64,000 nucleotides of DNA. Origin: an uncultured Gammaproteobacteria bacterium. Lineage in GTDB: Bacteria > Patescibacteriota > Microgenomatia > Levybacterales > GWA1-39-11. The notes below the pieces were generated by a model. The model was not told where the DNA came from and made no database searches. It saw nothing but the letters and a program-made list of their open reading frames with translations. This document shows, piece after piece, positions 58,698 to 64,000 of the stretch; the first letter of the stretch is position 1; every line of letters begins with the position of its first letter. The stretch spans positions 117,299 to 181,298 of the forward strand of contig CAYMYC010000001.1 of assembly GCA_964394645.1 (NCBI GenBank). The letters are read 5' to 3'. The translations under genes were made by a program, and so were the position numbers.

Positions 58698-58886
58698 AAA
58701 CTGGATATAATTTTCAACTTACAGTGATAATATTCCTCATTCCTTCTTGACAATTTTTTTTGTAGGTTGTATTGTTAAATCAATGCTTTTCTTGTCTATT
58801 GTTTCGTGTGTCACCTCAATAAGTATGCTTTTCATCATCCATTCGGCTTATTCTCACAATTCACTGCGAAAGCGAGGTGATTTTAT

Positions 58887-59165
58887 ATGTCAGTAACAAA
58901 AAAAGAACTCATAGAGGTTGTTGCAAAAAAAGCAAACCTTACCAATAAAGCATCTAAGGAGGCAATTAAGGTTTTCTTAAATTCTATACGTGATTCTCTG
59001 AAACGAAATGAGAAAGTTGTTATTTCCGGTTTTGGTACATTTTCTCTTAGAACCAGAAAGCAAAAAAAAGGAAGAAACCCGAAAACTGGTGAGCCTATGA
59101 TGATTGCAGCCCGACGTGCGCCTGGATTTACACCTGGTAAAAGCCTTAAAAAGGCAGTAAGATAA
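58887..59165 (+). CDS. hup: HU family DNA-binding protein
   Basis: TKKELI, GFGTF, GRNPKTGE, FTPGKSLK; upstream TTGACA promoter. Confidence 0.96.
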   Translation: MSVTKKELIEVVAKKANLTNKASKEAIKVFLNSIRDSLKRNEKVVISGFGTFSLRTRKQKKGRNPKTGEPMMIAARRAPGFTPGKSLKKAVR

Positions 59166-59167
59166 TT

Positions 59168-59535
59168 TGTCCTAGGAAACGAGTAAGCCAGATTCTGTTT
59201 TAGACTATATCTCTCTCGATTCGATAATATGTCGAATTCGGTAGCCTTTTTAGGCTACTGCCTTCAATCTTTGGCACTAAATAATGCGTTTTAGCGTGCC
59301 GTTCGGAAGTTGCAGCAGGTAGGATTGCCCGTTTCACACTCGCTCGTCTCTGTTGCTCTCAAATCTTGTCAATTCAAGATTTGTTTTAAACCCACATGCG
59401 AGTAAAGGTTTAAACACTAGCTGTTACCAGTCGGAAGTTACCTCCCGTCCCCTGCATTATTGCTGTCTGGACTTTCCTCTCCGATACCTATCTCTTACAA
59501 TAAGTTTTGGAGTAATAGTCCTGTTTCCTAGAACA
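59168..59535 (-). ncRNA. rnpB: RNase P RNA
   Basis: Minus strand carries GAGGAAAGTCC and ACAGAATCTGGCTTA conserved motifs; P1 formed by 59523-59535 with 59168-59180. Confidence 0.93.
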
Positions 59536-59562
59536 GCCTATATTATATCATATCATATCTCA

Positions 59563-62433
59563 TCAATTACAAAGTAGTCTATATTCACAGTTAACGCAAA
59601 GGACATTCTTACTACATTGAAAGTTACTTTCCTCTATTTCCTTTATATCCTCAAGTAGATTATTTTCAAATTCATCCAAGTCCTCCTTTTTAAAAGTCAT
59701 TGTTTTTTTTGTATTCCCTTCTAGAAAATGAAGTGTTAACGTAATTTCTTCAGGTTTCTTATCTAGTATTGGATCTTTTACCCGAGTTGCAGCAAGCGCG
59801 TATATTGCCAACTGAAGCCTATGGGATTTTTCAGCTTTTGGATTGTCCTCACCGGTTTTGTAATCAATAATTTCTATTCCGTTATCAGTTTTATCAATTC
59901 TATCTATTTTTCCAAAAATCTTAACCCCATTTTTCAACGTAAAATTAAATGGCATTTCAAGAGCAAGGGGTACTATGGGAGGTTGGCATTCTTTACTATA
60001 AAATTCTTCTAGTAGTCTCTGCCCCTGTGTAAAACGTTCTTTTTCATATGCCTTGCTGTTATATCCATCTGACTGCCATTCACGTTTTAGTAAATCACCT
60101 AGTTCTTGAAGTGAGAGTATATTGCCTTTTTGTACATCTTTGTAGAAATTATATAGCGTGTTATGAATTGAAATACCGAAGCTTTGCACCGCAGCAGGAG
60201 GAGTAGGCAACCCAAGGATTACTTTTGCCTTATAATGAAGTGGGCAAATATCAAACATTTGGAGATTTGAATAAGTAATATAAGTTACATTATATGGATT
60301 TTTAATTTCTATTTTTTCATTTGTATTTTCGTATACTGATAAAACTTCAGTCAGTGAAAGTTGTTGAACACGTTTTGGTAGTTGTTCTTTTTTTGCGAGT
60401 TCAGGTAATGCCTCATAAACAAAAGGAGAAATTTTTTTTGCGCGCTTTCCGGTTCCGTAGTAATCTGCTGCGGTAAGATAAAGGTATTTACGTGCTCTTG
60501 TTATTCCTACATAGAACAGTCTTCTCTCCTCTTGTAGGTGAATATCTTCTTCATTTATTACTTTCTCTTTAATAATTTCTTGGGAGAGGGGAATTTTTTC
60601 AGTTCTTTCGCGGGATGGGAACCTATCACTTACAAGGTTTACCATGAAAACAGCATCAAATTCTAGCCCTTTTGAAGAGTGGACTGTGAGGATATTTACT
60701 GCGTTTAAATCTCTCACGTCAACATCAGCCGCGGTAGGACTATCACCCATAGTTAACATGAGTGAGAGCCATTCTACTAGCGTAAAGATGTTGTTATCTG
60801 TACGCTCTGACTCAAAGTTTTTAATCCGATCAAAAAATTTTGCAATGTTTTGAACACGTCGTTCTTCTTTAACAGAATTTGTAACGGAGAGAGTTTCAAA
60901 TAATGCACTATCGACTAAAAAATAATATAAAATTTGTCCGGCTGAGTCTTTCCTTGCAAGCTCTAAATGACGCAAAACCATATTTTTAAAAGAGTTTAAT
61001 TTTTCCTGAGTTTCCGGTTTTAAAAATGTCTGATTTAATTCGTTGAGTGACTCAAAAAGAGTTAGATTTTTCTTTTTTGCAAAATTTAATAAATAATTAA
61101 GTTCTACCGTTGGAAGTTTAAAAATATCCATTGAAAGTACCCTAAAAAGAGATACAGAGTCAGAAAGATTGGTAAGAAACACGAGGTATGCAATGAGATC
61201 TTTTACTTCTTCCTGTTGAAATAGATACCCTGGACCTAAGAATTGATAGGGGATTTTGTGTCTCTGCAAAGCAGTAGTTATAATTTGAGCATGATTGTTT
61301 GCTCTGACAAGGATTGCTATATCCTTATATGATATATCGTGATTTAATTCCATTATCTTACGGGCAATAGCGTCGGCTTCATCTTCTGAGCGAACTTCAT
61401 GAATAAATTCAATAACTGACCTTTTCGTAGATTTAGTGTGGGATTTAAGCTTTTTATCAATTTTTTCAATAATCTCAAGCCTATTCGGGTTATTATGCTG
61501 AATAAGTGCATATGCAGCATCTAAAATGGTTTGGGTTGAGCGATAGTTATCAATAAGGCTTATAACTGACGCAGTGGGGAAGCTTTTTTTAAACTGAAGA
61601 ACGTTGTTTACAGCTGCACCTCTGAATCTATAAATTGATTGGTCATCATCTGCTACGACTGTTATATTGTGTTCTTTCCCTGCAAGTAAGATGGCTAATT
61701 CATTTTGCGCATAGTTTGTGTCTTGAAATTCATCAACCAATACAAATTTAAATTGGGTTTGGTACCGTTTTAAAATATGAGGTCTTTGCCGAAATAACAA
61801 TAGAGTATTTGATATAAGGTCTGAAAAATCCATGACTGAATTTTCAATTTTTAACTGCTCATATGCCTTGTAGGCATTAGCAAGCTCTTTATACTGTGCA
61901 GTTTCGTCGTTTTTTTCTTTGCTGTTTTTGCTTTGTTTTTCAGCCCATTTAATATAATTTTCAGGAGTTATGTCTTCATCCTTAAGTCTTGCAAAGTGTG
62001 TAAGAAGAGCGTCTAAAAATTTGGTAGGATTTCCCAGTGGTCTGAATATCTTAAGCCTCAAGTTAAAAATATTCTGTCTTACTAAAAGAATCGCTTCTGA
62101 TTCTGAAAGTAGTTTATAGTTTGGATCAAGTCCTATCGCATGCGCATCATCTCTTAGAATTTTGTCACAAAAGGAGTGAAAGGTGTGAATCCATAGGTTC
62201 GTATACCCATAAGGAAGCAGAATATCTACTCTTTCTTGCATTTCATAAGCAGCCTTTTCGGTAAATGTTAATGCTAATACCTGAGATGATGGAATATTCA
62301 AGTCCGAAATAAGGAATCTTATTCTTTCAGTTATAACCGTAGTTTTTCCTGTTCCAGCGCCCGCGATGATAAGAAGAGGACCATTGCCATACTTTACTGC
62401 ATCTTCTTGTTTGGAATTTAGGGTAGTATTCAT
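59563..62433 (-). CDS. UvrD/PcrA-family helicase fused to a C-terminal PD-(D/E)xK nuclease
   Basis: AGAGTGKT, VDEFQDTN, TVHSSKGLEF, EERRLFYV, then GKIDRID...IIDYKTG, QL..Y and Cys cluster. Confidence 0.92.
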   Translation of the reverse strand: MNTTLNSKQEDAVKYGNGPLLIIAGAGTGKTTVITERIRFLISDLNIPSSQVLALTFTEKAAYEMQERVDILLPYGYTNLWIHTFHSFCDKILRDDAHAIGLDPNYKLLSESEAILLVRQNIFNLRLKIFRPLGNPTKFLDALLTHFARLKDEDITPENYIKWAEKQSKNSKEKNDETAQYKELANAYKAYEQLKIENSVMDFSDLISNTLLLFRQRPHILKRYQTQFKFVLVDEFQDTNYAQNELAILLAGKEHNITVVADDDQSIYRFRGAAVNNVLQFKKSFPTASVISLIDNYRSTQTILDAAYALIQHNNPNRLEIIEKIDKKLKSHTKSTKRSVIEFIHEVRSEDEADAIARKIMELNHDISYKDIAILVRANNHAQIITTALQRHKIPYQFLGPGYLFQQEEVKDLIAYLVFLTNLSDSVSLFRVLSMDIFKLPTVELNYLLNFAKKKNLTLFESLNELNQTFLKPETQEKLNSFKNMVLRHLELARKDSAGQILYYFLVDSALFETLSVTNSVKEERRVQNIAKFFDRIKNFESERTDNNIFTLVEWLSLMLTMGDSPTAADVDVRDLNAVNILTVHSSKGLEFDAVFMVNLVSDRFPSRERTEKIPLSQEIIKEKVINEEDIHLQEERRLFYVGITRARKYLYLTAADYYGTGKRAKKISPFVYEALPELAKKEQLPKRVQQLSLTEVLSVYENTNEKIEIKNPYNVTYITYSNLQMFDICPLHYKAKVILGLPTPPAAVQSFGISIHNTLYNFYKDVQKGNILSLQELGDLLKREWQSDGYNSKAYEKERFTQGQRLLEEFYSKECQPPIVPLALEMPFNFTLKNGVKIFGKIDRIDKTDNGIEIIDYKTGEDNPKAEKSHRLQLAIYALAATRVKDPILDKKPEEITLTLHFLEGNTKKTMTFKKEDLDEFENNLLEDIKEIEESNFQCSKNVLCVNCEYRLLCN

Positions 62434-62559
62434 ATTAAGTTAAGGCTCTTCTTGCGCTTATACTCACTCATTCATAAAATCTTAAGAAGTAGACCATTGT
62501 AGCATAGGATAAATGCCTTGGATATATAAATAATGGGTATGCTATACTCTTAAAATTCT

Positions 62560-63312
62560 ATGACAGCTACTTCATTTAGTATCTCATTTATAAAAAAAGA
62601 AAAGAACAACGGAAACGCATGGAATTTTTATTTTACAAAACCTAAAGGTGCAAAACACGTAAACCAGAATAGATCTGGTCTCATCAGAAACTCAAAAGAA
62701 TTTACTTACCTTCCGGGTCAGTATGTAAAAATTAATCTTAATATTAAAGATCCAGACGTAAGAGGGGTAAGTAGATACTTTACTCTTTCAAGTAGTGCCC
62801 GCGACAAATATTTGATGGTGACTACTCGTATCATAGAATCTACTTTTAAGTTAACGCTAAACAGCCTTGTGCCGGGACAGGAAGTTCAAGTGAGTGGTCC
62901 TTGGGGAGATTTTACTTTAGACAAAAATGAAACACGTCCTCTTGTTTTTATTGCAGGAGGAATTGGGATAACCCCTTTCCGTTCAATGATTAAATACTTT
63001 TTAAGTAAAAAACATAAAATACCGGATATAACATTATTTGTTTCATACAAAGCAGCACGGGACATTTTATTTAAAAAAGAAATGGATATTGTAGCTAAAA
63101 ACAAGAATATACGGGTATTTACAATCATTTCATCAAAAAATAAAGAGAGGGTAACTGTAGACTTTCTGCAAGAACATCTTGTTTCTTTAGACAAATATGC
63201 GTATTATATTTCAGGTTCTGAAAAAATGGTTTCAGGAATGAAAAGAATGCTGACAAGGGACGCAAAAATTTCTGAGGCAAAAATAAAGACAGATGATTTC
63301 CCGGGGTATTAA
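62560..63312 (+). CDS. FAD/NAD(P)-binding ferredoxin reductase-like oxidoreductase
   Basis: PGQY, RYFTLSS, GPWGDF, IAGGIGITPF. Confidence 0.9.
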   Translation: MTATSFSISFIKKEKNNGNAWNFYFTKPKGAKHVNQNRSGLIRNSKEFTYLPGQYVKINLNIKDPDVRGVSRYFTLSSSARDKYLMVTTRIIESTFKLTLNSLVPGQEVQVSGPWGDFTLDKNETRPLVFIAGGIGITPFRSMIKYFLSKKHKIPDITLFVSYKAARDILFKKEMDIVAKNKNIRVFTIISSKNKERVTVDFLQEHLVSLDKYAYYISGSEKMVSGMKRMLTRDAKISEAKIKTDDFPGY

Positions 63313-63315
63313 ATA

Positions 63316-63543
63316 ATGATACGTAATAGTAAAAAAATACAAAAAACAAATGTGTTATCCTCAACGGATCTTGAAAGATTTGGCGGCGCGGTAAAGCACA
63401 TAAGACAAGTGTGGGAGCATATGGCAGAGGCAGATGAGGCAGACTTTGAAGAGCGGGAACTATTTGTAGAAATGGCTGCAAAGGTGCTTTTTTTAAGAAG
63501 CAAACTATCAGAACTTGATAAAAATAATGATAGCGTGAATTAG
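63316..63543 (+). CDS. Small hypothetical protein
   Basis: 75-aa ORF between the oxidoreductase and the convergent rmuC stop. Confidence 0.5.
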   Translation: MIRNSKKIQKTNVLSSTDLERFGGAVKHIRQVWEHMAEADEADFEERELFVEMAAKVLFLRSKLSELDKNNDSVN

Positions 63544-64000
63544 TCACCTGGTAAAAGCTTTTCTTCTTCGTGTTTAATTTTTCCGGCAGATTTAATTTTA
63601 ATACCCAATTTTTCATAGCCGGTTGCGACATTCCCTAGCATGTTATAAGAGTTTGTAATATGTTTTCCTAGAACATCTATTCCTTCTCCTACTTTTTCAT
63701 AATCTTTCTGAATGGACCTTATTCCTGCTAGGATTTCTTTTGCTTGTTCTGTTATTTTTTGCCCTTCAAAACCTATTAAAATAGAGCGTAGATACGCGTA
63801 AAATGTCATGGGGGAAACTGGAAGCACCCGTTTATGGGATGCGTAGTCATAGAGTGTTGAGTTATTTACTATCTCGTAATAAATTGCTTCTGAGGGTATA
63901 TACATAAGCGCATAATCTATAGTCCCTTCATTTGTTAGGATATATTTGGAGGAAATAGAATCTATATGTTTTCTAACATCAGATATGAATTCTTTCTCAT
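63540..64000 (-). CDS. rmuC: DNA recombination protein RmuC (5'-partial)
   Basis: MYIPSEAIYYE, VSPMTF.AYL; the frame continues past the window end. Confidence 0.85.
   Translation of the reverse strand, partial: EKEFISDVRKHIDSISSKYILTNEGTIDYALMYIPSEAIYYEIVNNSTLYDYASHKRVLPVSPMTFYAYLRSILIGFEGQKITEQAKEILAGIRSIQKDYEKVGEGIDVLGKHITNSYNMLGNVATGYEKLGIKIKSAGKIKHEEEKLLPGD

Noticed and set aside
59353-59577. 74-aa ORF
   Set aside because: It lies antisense to the RNase P RNA gene and is spurious.
1252-63631. Numerous short ORFs antisense or out of frame to housekeeping genes
   Set aside because: Shadow ORFs overlapping well-supported genes, with no recognisable motifs.
1-64000. Alternative genetic code (TGA = Gly)
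   Set aside because: Long conserved genes translate uninterrupted with code 11, and TGA terminates the UvrD-nuclease ORF.

Overview
AT-rich bacterial chromosome window, genetic code 11. It looks like a CPR/Patescibacteria genome, probably Microgenomates-like (inference from the missing rpmD, the mostly SD-less starts and the cohesin/dockerin proteins). Bases 1-41.8 kb are mostly housekeeping genes: rpoBC, a split str cluster, the S10-spc-alpha ribosomal protein clusters with rpmJ relocated between rplX and rplE, and recX-recA. Bases 49-64 kb hold pentose-phosphate and salvage genes, rny, hup, RNase P RNA, a UvrD-nuclease fusion and a partial rmuC. The notable region is a ~7.0 kb element (41950-48987) inserted at the 3' end of tRNA-Pro(GGG) with only a 4-bp CGAC core. 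It encodes a large serine recombinase whose ORF runs through the left junction and antisense across the whole tRNA, so its C-terminus would change on excision or inversion. The element carries an internal inverted 157-bp copy of its own predicted attP junction (156/157 identical) in the putative recombinase 5' leader. Further long-range complementarities form an exact four-way junction, and a ~590-nt hairpin-rich non-coding tract lies at the right end. One reading is a mobile element whose single-stranded circle (or RNA) folds to rebuild a double-stranded attP. The cargo is an ABC exporter, a membrane protein, an ADP-ribosyltransferase-like protein, a NUDIX hydrolase and an MBL-fold protein. 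All alignments were done by eye and the mechanisms are hypotheses.
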